DNA of 64,000 nucleotides, taken from NCBI GenBank assembly GCA_964016885.1, contig OZ024743.1, forward strand, positions 85,932,001 to 85,996,000, read 5' to 3'. Position 1 is the stretch's first letter, and each line of letters opens with the position of its first letter. The notes under the pieces are model-generated. The model did no database searches. It was given only the letters and a program-made list of their open reading frames with translations, and was not told the origin of the DNA. Source of the stretch: Eledone cirrhosa (Eukaryota). Made by a program: the position numbers and the translations under genes. Of the stretch, positions 13,901-26,932 are shown piece by piece.

Positions 13901-14252
13901 AGAGGGAGCAGCAGTGTTCATGGCCTTTCCTGTCTCACTGACACTTAAAACTTTATAGAAAAAAAAAATCTTTAACCTTTTTATTACCATATTACCTATC
14001 ATTTTCTAATCATTTGGTGAGATTTAAGAATATAACTAACTTTCCCATTATATATATATAGTAATAGTTATACTTATATATAGAAATATAAATACAATAA
14101 GGGTAATATTGTATATTACCCAATTACCAGTAAGATAAGTAGCTCAATGTAAAATGCCTTAAACACAATTTGATTGTTATTTATGTTTTATATATATATA
14201 TATATATATTTATGTTTTTAGTTTTTTTTCAAATTGATACATTTTATCTTAC

Positions 14253-14575
14253 ACTCTGCATTTGTCCATCTTCACTTACTCTCTCTTTCTCTCTGCTTGT
14301 CGAGTGTCTTTTTAGGACTTAACAACCAAACAAATGGAAAATATTTGTATTACCATTTGTATATTCTCTACCTCTTCCACCTTCTCTTTTACTTCTTCTT
14401 GTCTAATCAATATATTGGGCCTCGTAGGTATCTCTTTTTTTCAGTTGCAGATCATGAATTAGTGGCAGACTTTCTCTTATTTGTAAATAGTCATTAACAC
14501 TATCATATTGTCCTTTGTCCATTTGTTACCGCCCCTTGTGCACTAGAGCCAGTTGTACAAACGAATCTTAAAGCT
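14253..14575 (-). CDS. UBE3A: Putative alternative UBE3A start exon (5'UTR with uORF, then MDKCR-V from 14269)
   Basis: Acceptor gtttcag| at 14575. ATG GAC AAA TGC AGA GT|GTAAGA is phase 2, giving MDKCRVKRAAAK. Unique, non-repeat sequence. Confidence 0.45.
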
Positions 14576-16159
14576 CTGAAACAATGTGTCTCTAGCAGTT
14601 AACTGATAAAATAGGACTGTATTTGTTCAGTTTCCTGTTTTCACCGATATTTTACATATATATATATATATCATCATAATCATCATCGTTTTTACATCCA
14701 TTCTTCCATGGGTCCTTCTCAGCACAGCAAATATATATATATGTATTTTACGGAACAGCTCGATCATGAAATTAACATACAAGTGGATTAGCATTCCACA
14801 AATACAAGTATTCTTAATTCAGTCCTCAGGGAGATTCAGTGAAAACATTGCATGACAAGATTTGCCCTTTGAATTACAGAATTTTACCAGATGAGTGGAA
14901 AGGAGCAACATGGTGAAATAAAGTGTCTTGCTCAAAAACACTAAGTGCTGTCAAGGAATCAACCTTACAATCATGAACTGAACACCCTAACACAACTAAG
15001 CCGCATGCCTTCACAATTTAATATACTATTGACAAGAATTTAGCCACATTAATTATTAACATATCACTTTCATGTGCCAAATCTCACATTAGTCATAGCC
15101 TACAGAGGGACAGATTGGATAATGTAGTCCTAGATATATTGTTTAAAGGAGAGAATGGTGACAATTGGAATGCATTTGATCATAGGAAATGAAAAAAAAT
15201 TAAATTTATAGCTTTCACCTACATAGCTTTAGCTGGTCTTTTACAAGGTTGTATCTCATATGAGATTTCTTGGGTATTTTAATGATAGGGGACCCAATGC
15301 TAATATGCTTTTGTTACAGCTCTCACCTATGTTGGTTTAGCTGGCCTCCTATAAGGAGGTTTCTTGATAGGAGCTCCAGTCCTATCACGAGAGGCAATGT
15401 GAAATAGAGCACCTTGCTCAAGAATGCAACATGTCGCCTGGGTTAGGAATCAAACCCACAACTGTATGATCAAGAGCCCAACACCCTAAACACCAGGACA
15501 TGCACCTACTCTTTTATCATAGGTAGTCAACTCCTTAAGGTGGTAGTGGTGGAGTCACAATAAAATGCTTCCAGTACATAGTGTAAATTGGTTGGCATTG
15601 AGAAGGGCATCCAGCTGCAGAAACGAGCCTGAGCTGGGCAGTGGGGTGAGTTCATGCTGGCCAACAAAATGGCTCAAATAGGTTATGTTTATCACCTCCG
15701 CTGGCCAAACTCCCTCCCATGCACCCTTGTCACCAAATGGGTTGAGTGTGAAAGCGAGAGCTTGGCGCTCTAACTGATGCAATGCTTGGATTGCACTATC
15801 CTAAAGTGTATATACTTGTGGCTGGGCACTGCTTGTGAAACCAATCGCACAAAGTAACTCAATTGAAATGAACATCTGTAAATTTCTTTGATAGAGCTGG
15901 CTCAGCCTACCCCGGGTAAATGCTGCCATAAGTACAAGTAAGTACTGTTGCATACATAGAATACAGGTAGAGGATTCATGATATTGGTTCATTAACTAAT
16001 CCACCATCCTGTTTTTTATTTATGAGTGAGAGAATTAACTCCAATACTACAGGTCTAACACATTATCAACCTAGAAAGGATGAAAGGCAAAGTTGACCTT
16101 AGTGGGATTTGAACTTAGAGAGTAGTGAGCCAAAACAAATACTTAGCCATTTTTAAGAG

Positions 16160-16535
16160 ATAATAATTGTTTCTACTTTTGGCACAAGGCCAACAATTAC
16201 CCCAGTGCATTACTGGTGCTTTATTTTATCGACCCCGTAAGGATGAAAAGCAATGTTAACCTCGGCGGTAGTTGAATTCAGAACGCAAAGGGCCATAACT
16301 CTTTGCTGCAAGGCATGTTGTCTGATGCTCTACCGATACTGCTAATCCACTGCCCTTAAGAGATAATTGTTTCTACCTTTGGCACAAGGCCAGCAATTAC
16401 GCAGCACATTACTGGTACTTTATTTTATCGACCCCGTAAGGATGAAAGACAAAGTTAACCTCAGCGGGATTTGAACTCAGACCGTAAAGGGACGTAACTG
16501 TACTGGAAAGCATGGCGTCTGACTCTCTACCGATG
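16160..16535 (-). repeat. SINE dimer, same family as 7265-7770
   Basis: Two tandem units, each preceded by ttaagagataat. Confidence 0.85.
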
Positions 16536-19148
16536 GAGTTGTTGCCTTTATGGTACAGCACACAACTATAACTCAATAAGGTTAATTTCTCATCAATGAA
16601 ATTGAGGCAGTATAGTTTTATGCCATAGCTTTCAGAAAAACAAAATTTCTTTCAAATCTTGAAAGTATTGATTTACTCCTAGACTATAAACATGTAGCTT
16701 TGTTCTTTCATTGACAATTATACAATACATCGCACAGTTGTGCACAATAAAGGGTTAATATTGATTTCTAGCATAGCCACAAAGTCAACAATTTTATTCC
16801 TGCAACATTGTATTCCTGCTTCAGCTCGTAAGGAGCAACTGAAACAGTTGGTATCAAGAAGGGCATCTGAGTGTAAAACTGCCTCAAATATGGAAAAGTA
16901 GATGCAAAAATGATGATGATGATGATCATCATCATCATTTTTATGTCATCTTTTCCATGCTGGCATAAGTTGAATGGGACTTCTCGAGACAATGCTTTAC
17001 AGCTGAATGCCCTTCCTGACACTAATCCTTTTAGTCACTTCTTATGATATGCAGGGATACAGTGTATTTATTCTAAACCAGACACACATGCCCATGATGT
17101 ATATAGCAAATTATAGTTACTTGCTATATTTATCTTAAAAAGATCCAAAACTAATTAAACTATGCCAACATTTGAATACAGTAAAAAGTTACTAATAAAA
17201 CACTTCTGTAAGACGTTTTCCTAATACTTACATAACGTCACTTGCTTCAGAAACAACTTCAGTTTTAGAATTAATATCACTGTAAAGATAAAATTAAATG
17301 AAAAATTTATCAAAAGAAGACATAACTGATTCACTGGATTTCAGTATACTATAGGTTACAGACAAAAGATACTAGCCAGATCTAAATTCAGAAATATGGG
17401 ATACTAAAGTAGATGGTGTAGCTCATCCCTCCAAAGTTACTATCTGTTTGAAAAAAATGATTAAAATAACAATGAAAATGATTTTACTTAAACACAAGTT
17501 ATTTTTCTACTTCATTCTAGTACTAAGGCATATCTAATCTTTGAAATTGAAATTTACAGTTCAAGCGTAATGAAGTTTAGTTAACCTCTAATGAGGTGGC
17601 ATCTTTTAGGTTTCTCATGTGTTTTAATGTAGTTTCGTAGTTTCAAATGGTACAGTCGTTAAGAGTTAATGAGAAAGTTAGATATTTTACGAAGTCCCTC
17701 TAAATTTGAAAATCACAGACAGTTAATCCACTGAAGGTATACATTGTGAACAAATAATGACTATAACTGTAAATATGAGTTAATATCTCTATACAACAAC
17801 TACAATGGTACGTGATGGGGCCCACTCACAGCCTCGGCGGACAGAATGGAGAAGGCGTTTCCCCTGAGGACGGCAAGGGATAGCTTTATGTTTAATGAAA
17901 AGATTTAGTTATTTTCTGCTAAATCATTACAGGAAATTAAGAGTTAAGCAGGTAATATGGAACATAATTTCAGAAAGGTTCTTACATAAAATTATGATTG
18001 AAGGTGTTTTAGATAAATATAAACACTTAACATAAATTGATTTGTATAGATAGATGGATGAGGTGCAGTTTCAGGCAGTCTGGTACAGAAAGGGTTAAAA
18101 CTCTTCTCCTCCTTCCCCACCAGCCTGTCAAAACAAGGTTGAGAAAATTTGGGATTTTTCAACTGTTTATTTATTGTTTTTATTCTTTAAATTTTTTATC
18201 TATTTTTTTTAAAAATATTTAATCATTCATAGATTTTCCAGATTATTTGTTATTTTCAATCCATTAACGTATTTTTAATGAAAGACATTGCCTAAGGCTT
18301 TCAAATAATTTTGAAAATTATCAAGAATTTACAGGAATTTAATAATAATTTCTGATTTTGTGGGAGGGGAAAGTCAGTTAAATCGATCCTAGTTCTTGGT
18401 TGGTACTTTATTTTATCTAACTCAAAAGGATAAAGGCAAAGTTGAACTTGGTGAGATTTGAACTCAGAATATAACAGGCCATGACTAAATGCTGAAAAGT
18501 ATTTCACCCAGCGCTCTAATAATTCTGAAAATCCACTACCCTCAGAGGAATTTAATAATACAACCAACTTTCTTTGTCATTAAGTTGGTATTTGGAACAT
18601 AAAGGTTCTACATAAATTATGATGGAAGGTTTTTAATATGAATATAAACACTTTCAAATGAAGTTTTCTTGGAATCATCCAAACAAACTGGTTCCTAATT
18701 ACAGCTTAGTAGAATGAGCTATCTATTGATGATGGTTGTCTTGGTTATGGATACAGTAATGCTGATCTTCAGAACCTTTAAAACATGTCTGTAGGGCAGT
18801 GACAGATTAAGGGAGGAGCTGACTGGGTTGTAGTTAGGGAGCTCCAAATTAATTTTTGGGTTTATCAAAATTAGCAAAGTCCCAATGAAATTTCAGTTAG
18901 GGTCCCCATGCAAGCTTAATCTGCTCCAGCTATAGGACTTATCTACCGAAGTCATGAATCCCTTAAAGATTACTATAAAAAAAAATAAAAAAAAATAAGG
19001 TCCCTCATATAGCCTCTATATACATTTCTACATGTTTGGCGGTATTTTTGTTGAGACATTTTACACAAAAATACAATGATAGAAGGGCCGTGTTATTCAT
19101 AAGACTTGGCTAGGCTGAAGCCTAGATACCCTTAAATTATTATTATTA

Positions 19149-19320
19149 TCGTATTTCCCGGCGCCGAAAACGCTACTTCTTCCTAAAATAAGTCTCAAAA
19201 ATCTAACATGCGTCCTGGAGGCCGAAGGTTGTTTATTATTTTTTTTTTTCAAATTTTTAGTTGTCAAAATTAGGGTGCGTCCTCGAGGACGAAACGTCTT
19301 CGACGCCGGGAAATACGGTA
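19149..19320. mobile_element. MITE with CCGTATTT-type TIRs (pogo/Tigger-like)
   Basis: cgtatttcccggcgccgaaaacg ... cgtcttcgacgccgggaaatacggta. Confidence 0.7.
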
Positions 19321-19815
19321 TTATTGCTATGGTGGAGTAAAAGATTAAAGTGCCAGACGGTTCCCAAGATACCTGAGCGCCTAGGGGTCCGACCATGGGT
19401 TTAATACGACACAATCATAACGTGTAAGTATGTGAGAAATAATCAGAAACCGCCGAAAAAACAAATACACAACAGGACAGGGGAACTATCATCGAATATA
19501 TTAGGGGCACATTAGAGAATACAATAACCCCCCCCCCCCCCTCTCCTGAAATCACAAATTACTAATATGTAAACTAGAGCAGTTTCCAATAATTTTAGGT
19601 TAATTTATTAAATATTCATCATGTTAAGCAGCGGTTCGATTTCTGTGGCTGGTTTATTTTCACTCTCGACCTTTTTATCTTTACAAATGTCTCTTTTACA
19701 CAAACAAATATATATATATTGTGACCTAGTAGTCTGAAATTTTATATGTAACAGCTTCATTTGTTAACGATATATGGCTTTTAAAGTGTATGTGTGCATT
19801 TATATACATACACAA

Positions 19816-19848
<33 letters not shown>

Positions 19849-20102
19849 CATTATATTGCCACAGACACGACATATAATACACTACTACACACAATACATA
19901 TATACTTCTATACAAACTGATACACACACTATCTATATCTAACTATCTCTCTCTATATATATAATATATATATACACACACATACACGACATACATATAT
20001 CCTTCTACACAAACATATATATATATATATTCACACACATATATTTACACATACATATACCATAGTAGATAATCCATATATTTCATACATATAACCTCTC
20101 AC

Positions 20103-20750
20103 CTTAATTTAAAGTTAGAAGAGACATTTTGCGTTGGTGTTCTTGCATTGTTCTAGACTCAAAAACGACCACATCATATTGACGCAGTAAAAGAGACGAA
20201 GTGCTCATTCGATAAATACAAAATAATTAAACTTAAGAAATTAAGGAAGAAAAAAATTCAAACAAAGTTTTAAAAAAACATTAGCAAAATAACAGTTAAA
20301 TAGAGAGATACAAATATCGTGTATAGATACGAAAGTCTGGCAGAGTGAACGAGAGAAAAGGTAAGAAAAAAATAATGTGGGGGAGGAGGATATGGAGAAA
20401 GAGAGTGAAAGAGGGGGAGAAAGGGAGGGGAAAGTGAATACGAGTTGTTTCCTAAGTGAGTGATCTGTTTGTAGGTAGACTATATATTCCTGCTTCAATT
20501 GTAAGCGGTCACTTCACTAAACTCCGGCCCTTATTTGACCATCTCAGCTTTGTATTTCCGCAACAATCGCACATTAAATTGCCAGCTACTGTATTTTGAA
20601 TAAAAACAAGAGCCAATATTATCTTTAAAAAATGTTTTGATGGTGTGGTCACCTGAATCGTGCTCTGCATGTAACTGGTACTTGTTTTATAGGTTCTCTG
20701 CCAAATAGCATTTAAGCTAAGAATAATAGACGGCACATGACACGAATTTG
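20103..20750 (-). promoter_or_regulatory. Possible internal promoter and non-coding first exon of UBE3A
   Basis: Unique sequence with more CpGs than its flanks and a minus-strand donor AAG|GTGAGA at about 20102. Inferred only. Confidence 0.3.
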
Positions 20751-22402
20751 TAAATATTAGAGGATAGAATGATTTTTTTTTTTTTTTCCTGAATGGAATC
20801 AGTCAACCAATTTGGTATTGAGGCGGTCACCAAATTATACAGACTGGATCTAATAAATCTATAATATAATACTAGTCATTTCCACCAACCTACTAATATA
20901 AAAAAAAAAGTGAAAGACTAAAGCTAACTGGTAAAATAATAATTCTAGAACGTCAAGGGGGTGGCAGAATCTTTAGAATACCGGGCAAAATGCCTTCTGT
21001 GTTTAGTTACGCCCCCTTATGTTCTGGGTTCAAATCCCACTATGGTCAATTTTGCCTTTCATCCTTCCAGGGTTGACGAAAGTACCGGTCAAGTACTAGG
21101 GCGATTGAATATTGCTTTAAACCACCATAGATGTGAAACAGAATTAAAATAGAAGACGAAAGCTAAGAAAATTATGTTACCCATTATAATAACCCATCTT
21201 ATAGAAGACCCTTTCTTTCCCCTTTTTATTTTAGGTATACTAAAATGAAAAGGAGAATTTATTGCCTTCTGATAACATGGAATTCATTTTTTTAAAAAGG
21301 GGGAGGGGGATACAAAAGTGTTATTTTTAATGAAGGTGTCCATCGGTAATAGATCTCGAATGAAGAAAATGAAAATATCTCGTCAGATTCACTGAGTTCA
21401 TTTTGCATGTTCCACACATACAAACACAAGCGAACAGACGAGGGAACCCCAACCTTAACATACATACATAACACTGTGTGTGTGTAACAGAATGGATCTT
21501 GTGATATTTTCATTTTCTCCATTCGAGATCTATTGTCAGTAATAGCCAATAAATTGCAATATATCTCCAAATACTGACAACCGATTTGGCTGAAGCCAAA
21601 TAAACGGTAAGTACATTCCTCAAAAAAAAAAAAAAAAAAACAATAAAAAAAACTAAAGAATGTAAATTCTTCATTTTTAGCTTTTACTGGAAAATAGGAA
21701 TAAATTGGAAAATATATTCTAAACACACAGGTTTACAAAAATAATTTATTTTTGTTTTTAAATAATGAAATTTGAAAACTTATTTCGAATTATGAACAAA
21801 GTCAAAAAGTTACCAGAAATACCTAAATCGATATCTATGTATAGATTAAAAAAAATATGTTAGATTAATACGAAACAACCAACCCAGGTGCCGACATGAA
21901 AACTTACGATTTTGACAGTTGATTAAAAAAATATAACTATGATAAATTATTATTTCTATCATAGTTCGAGTGGAGGTGGTAGGTATATAGTCGATCAACC
22001 CCAGTTACTTGATTGATGCTTTATCGATCCCGAGAGGATGAAAAGCGCGAATTGAATTCAGAACACCAAGAGCAAGAACAAATACCGCAAGGTATTTTGT
22101 CCATAGCTCAATTCATTTTAAGATCAAAACAATGGGGGGGGGGGGGCTAGATGAGTTATTTTTTAAGCTCTCTCTATACCAAACCGAATTTCAATTAATT
22201 TTTATGTTCCAAACATCAGCTAATTAATGACAGTTAGGTGTATTAAATTTCTACATTTAAACATTTTTTTCGAAATTAATAGAAACACATAGGCAGTGTA
22301 TTTCATTAGAAATATGATAATAAAAGGGTTAAACAGAAAATAGAGCATGTTGGTAACATTACTATAGCAAGATAAACCTATTTGACGTGTGGTGGAGGTA
22401 GC

Positions 22403-22484
<82 letters not shown>

Positions 22485-22497
22485 CATACATACATAC

Positions 22498-23008
22498 ATA
22501 CAGGGTGTCTCCAAAAATGCAGATAATCAAAGTGTATACATTTTGGGGGAACATCCTGTATATATATTACATGAACGATAAAGTTATATCTGTACATAGA
22601 AGTAACCGAAACTGCGTAAACGTGTATATAAATTTACACATTTTTTTTATAGTATGTAGACATGTAAACCTACCAAATGTACGTGGTTACACTTGGCATG
22701 TTTAAATTCCTATACACTAAGAAATGTGTAAATTTATAAACACATTTACGTAGTTGCGGTTACCTCAATACTATATATACACAGATATAACTTTATCATA
22801 TACTTCTGATGCTTTATATATATACACACGCACAGAAATCCACGGTATTTCTAATGATTTGAATTTTTATTTCATTGTTTTAACTTTATATACATACATA
22901 CATACATACAGAATGTCCCCCAAAATGTATACACACTTTGATTACCTGTACAGGCAATATTTATTAGAATGCTATTGAAGAGTGTATACATTTTTGGGAC
23001 ACGCTGTA
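22498..23008. mobile_element. Cluster of two Tc1/mariner-type MITEs (22498-22560, 22906-23008) around a ~220-bp foldback (22577-22798)
   Basis: TACAGGGTGTC...CATCCTGTA termini. Further copies at about 48265-48370 and 50157-50245. Foldback arms: gataaagttatatctgt / acagatataactttatc. Confidence 0.7.
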
Positions 23009-23444
23009 TATACAGAGAGAATTTTGTTTCGTTCTCATTCAAATTCTACCGGGGTAAAATTTATCTTCCTTATTGGGGTGTCAATAATATAGGTCATAAA
23101 TAATGACTCGACTTTGCTAACGAATATCTAGGTATGTACCAGCGAAATAGAACTGCCGTCAAAACAATCAATGTCGCCGCTCCCGCTTACCAAAACGGCC
23201 ATTGTACTTAAGAATGGAAATATCGATTTCTTCCTCGAGCACAACAAGGTCAATTTTTGTAGGGGAGAAGATATAGTCGATTGATTTGATGCTAGTGTAT
23301 TATTAGAACTTATTATTTTATCGATCATGAGCGGAATTTGAACTCCGAGTGAATAGAAGGAGCACGGCATAATACTATAAAGCGATTCAACTGGCGCTCT
23401 GCTGTTCTGTGAATTCATTTTTATACAGAGAATATTATTATTCT

Positions 23445-23655
23445 GTCAGAAGCAACCGTTTCCAACTGATCCGCTTGGATCCCAAAGCGCGACCAGCCGA
23501 GCTCAATGATGTTATCCAACCATTTTGCTCTGGGTCTCTTGCCAGTTGGTTTCGACCGTAAAATCTGACAGAACCCGTTGAGAAGAGTGTTTGAAGACTC
23601 TTCCCCCCCACGACCTTCTCAAGAATAAGTGGGCGAAGAAGAAGATTATTATTAT
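23445..23655 (-). mobile_element. 3' end of a second RTE/Rex3-like LINE family; plus-strand copy at about 30862-31097
   Basis: The 30870 copy reads PTGRRPRAKPQARWLDNIHELGRSHLGIQPDQLETVASDR. The two loci are homologous at the nucleotide level. Confidence 0.7.
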
Positions 23656-24049
23656 TATTATTAAGTACCGTCAATAATGACGGTAATAGCATTGAAGATA
23701 TTTGTTTAGAGAATCCAGGATTGGTATGTCATATATACCAGGATTACTGGATATATGAACAATCATAAAATCAAGGAAATTTGTGTTTTGATAAATTAAT
23801 GGTTTGCACAAGTGAAAGTCTATAGTTTATGTTGATTACTTAGATATGGAAGTGATATTTTAATAATTTATTTCTAGGATATAATTAGATAAATGTTCAG
23901 CATACATATACAAATGATATATAGAATTGATTGTATGAGTAACTTTGGAGAAATAACTATAGACAGGCACGAACATAAAGTTAGAACCCAGGACCTTCAT
24001 GACAGATAGGAAATACACTGTGTGTAGATATATAGGCGGAGATTATATA

Positions 24050-24188
24050 TACAGTGAAATTCCGTTACATCGAAATTCACAGGGTATAAAAAAATTCGTT
24101 GTAACGAAAAATTCTTTATAACGAACTAACATATTGAGCATGTGGCCGGAGATTGAAAAAATTCGTTATAACGGAATTTTACCTGTAT
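24050..24188. mobile_element. MITE, TA-flanked CAG..CTG TIRs (Tc1/pogo type)
   Basis: tacagtgaaattccgttacatcgaaatt / aaattcgttataacggaattttacctgta. Confidence 0.7.
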
Positions 24189-24309
24189 ATATTCTTCGAG
24201 AGTAGCTATCTCTAATATTTCACCTCGAGATTTCTTGCTTTTGTTTTATTATGCATATTTTGGTTTGTGATTGTCTTTTGAATTGTTTGTTTCAGATCAA
24301 TTTTTGTGA

Positions 24310-24870
24310 ACCAGTGGATATGTAAAAAATTCGAGTTGTTTTTGAATATCTGTTTCGTCGTGGGACCAATGAATCACAAACAGTTCGAAACATCGAGCAT
24401 CGATGGTTTGAGAAGTTCCTTTATGGCGACTTTAATCTTGAAAATAAACCACGTTGGAGACCTGTGACCAAGGTAGGTAATGATGAGTTGAAAACTGTAG
24501 TGGAAGCAGATACATCTCAAACTAAGTGTGAATTAGTGGCAAGGATTGGCGTTACTATTCCAGCAATATTGGTCCATTTGAAACAAATCGGCAAGGTGGG
24601 TTCCACATTAATTGAACGAGCATCAGAAAAGAACTCGTCTCAAAGTATGTTGTTCTTTGCTATCACGGCATAAAGGCGAATCATTTTTGCATCGTATTGT
24701 CACATGTAATGAAAAATGGATTCTTTTCAACAAGTCGCAAGCGTTCAGCACGATGGCTGGATAAAGATGAAGTGCCGAAACAGAATGTTTACCAAAAAAA
24801 GCTAATGGTGCCTGTTTGGTGGTACAGCGCTAGCACCATCCCCTACAGGTTTGTGAGACCTAACCAATCG
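24310..24870 (+). mobile_element. Mariner transposase pseudogene, N-terminal part
   Basis: RWFEKF..FNLENKPR..DELKTVVEAD..HLKQIGK, WVPH, FLHRIVTCNEKWILF and QKKLMVPVWW across frameshifts. Confidence 0.9.
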
Positions 24871-24874
24871 AATT

Positions 24875-25060
24875 GCGCAGGCTCCCTTGAAAGGACGAGT
24901 GTCTCAGTTTTAGCACTGATTTTCATTCCAGCCATGCAGCACTCAGCATGGAACCTATCAAATCTAGCTGTTCTGCTAGAAACGGGTTGCAGGTGGGGGA
25001 TAGTGATACGGCCACCAGCTATGATGATTAGTTGCGATATAAGCGAGCGCCTGCCAGACG
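24875..25060 (-). mobile_element. LINE RT fragment interrupting the mariner
   Basis: Minus-strand hand translation DRFHAECCMAGMKISAKTETLVLSR resembles the RTE segment after YADD. Confidence 0.55.
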
Positions 25061-25583
25061 AATAAGGACCAACAGCGATAAACTACCAAGGGAAACGTAG
25101 CAATGGGTGTCACCTCTAGCTCCCAAGAAAACTCTTACAACACAGTGATGTAGCTATGACGAGGCGGGTGATGGCCGCCTCTAAAAAAGCCTAGTGTTCC
25201 TGAGTTTGAGAAGTACCAGATTGGTGACTAGCGCGAATAAGACAACCAAAACTGCAATATGGTGAGAGGTACGAAAAAGAACCATACCGCATCGTTCTTT
25301 GCACGGGTTAACAAGGGACGCGTTCAGGCCTGTTCGAAAAATATATTGCAGTCTCCATTTCATGCCACAAAAACTGGCACTGGGACGCACAAAGATTGTA
25401 TATCCCGAGACCTCAAAGAGGGTTCGGAAGGGAGCAAACCTATACACACACACAAACATTCACCACCAATAACACAAACGAAGACGGGTGAGTTGCATTA
25501 CCTCGAGTGCTCTCCCTAATATTACATCGCGGTTGACCATACGGAATGACCAGTTATATCCAGTGGTGAACCAACAAACCTAA

Positions 25584-25628
<45 letters not shown>

Positions 25629-25642
25629 CATATGTATATACA

Positions 25643-26185
25643 AATAATTGTTTCTACTTTTGGCACCAGCGATTACCCCAGTGCATTACTGGTACTTTAT
25701 TTTATCGACCTCGTAAGGATGAAAGGCAAAGTTAACCTCGGCGGGATTTGAACTCAGACCGTAAAGGGAGGTAACTATGCTGGAAAGCATAGCGTCCGAC
25801 TCTCTACCGATACTGCCAATCCACCTACAAATAATTGTTTCTTCTTTAGGCACAAGGCCAGCAATTACGCAGTGCATTACTGGTACTTTATTTTATCGAC
25901 CCCGTAAGGATGAAAGGCAAAGTCAACCTCGGCGGGATTTGAACTCAGACCGTAAAGGGACGTAACTATGCTGGAAAGCATGGCGTCCGACTCTCTACCG
26001 ATACTGCCAATCCACCTACAAATAATTGTTTCTTCTTTAGGCACAAGGCCAGCAATTACGCAGGGATGAAAGGCAAAGTCAACCTCGGCGGGATTTGAAC
26101 TCAGACCGTAAAGGGACGTAACTATGCTGGAAAGCATGGCGTCCGACCCTCTACCGATACTGCCAATCCACCGCCACCTACAAAT
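25643..26185 (-). repeat. Head-to-tail SINE trimer (young copies)
   Basis: Near-identical units. Minus strand has A-box TGGCAGTATCGG, B-box GAGTTCAAATCC and core GCCTTTCATCCTTACGGGGTCGATAAAAT. The third unit has an internal deletion. Confidence 0.9.
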
Positions 26186-26541
26186 AATGAATCAAAACAT
26201 CAAATATGTTTAGAATTTTGTGTTTCTCAATAAGAAAGCTGAATAGACATTATCTAGAGCTATAATAACCAAATACAGAGATATATGTATATATAGAGAA
26301 AGATTCCACCCGTGTACATATTCTTCTAAAGAATATGAATTTAGTATATATACACTATACCGTGTTTCTTCTACGATATATGGCTCTTTCTCTCTGTATA
26401 CATATATCTCTTTATTTGGTTCTCTCTCTCTCTTACATTATATATATATATAACCAAAGATTGATATGGTTCATTGATTACTCAATTAATATAGTTTTAC
26501 AATAGATTAAAAGCACTCTGCAATGAAGTTTTCTGGAGTTA

Positions 26542-26932
26542 ATATTATTCAAAATATTAACAAATTAAGACATTCACATAATCAAAATATATGTTTTATT
26601 ATATATATTTCGAAGGTACTGGGCTGTTTTTTCAGTACGTCCTCGTCAGATAAAATACATGAATTAATGTATGACATACCTCAACTGTCTTGATGGTTCA
26701 ATTCCAGTATTGGCAATACTGGAATTGAACTGCCAATACTGGAATTGAACCATCAAGACAGTTGAGGTATGTCATACATCAATTCATGTATTTTATCTGA
26801 CGAGGACGTACTGAAAAAAACAGCATAATACCTTCGAAATATATATAATTGTTTCTACTTTAGGCACAAGGCCAGCAATATATAATAAAACATATTTTGA
26901 TTATGTGAATGTCTTCATTTATTAATATTTTG

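Noticed and set aside
21430-21465. CCAACCTTAAC as a telomerase RNA template within the structured element
   Set aside because: Two mismatches to CTAACCCTAAC, so it would not template TTAGGG. No pseudoknot or H/ACA domain is evident.
21342-21613. U1 snRNA or 7SK identity (minus-strand TACTTACC, ATTGCA; paired GATC)
   Set aside because: No U1-70K loop, Sm site or stem IV, and no 7SK terminal helices or 3' hairpin with terminator. ACTTACC is just the complement of a splice donor.
25643-26185. CRISPR-like array
   Set aside because: These are ~190-bp SINE units with no unique spacers, in a eukaryotic context with no cas genes.
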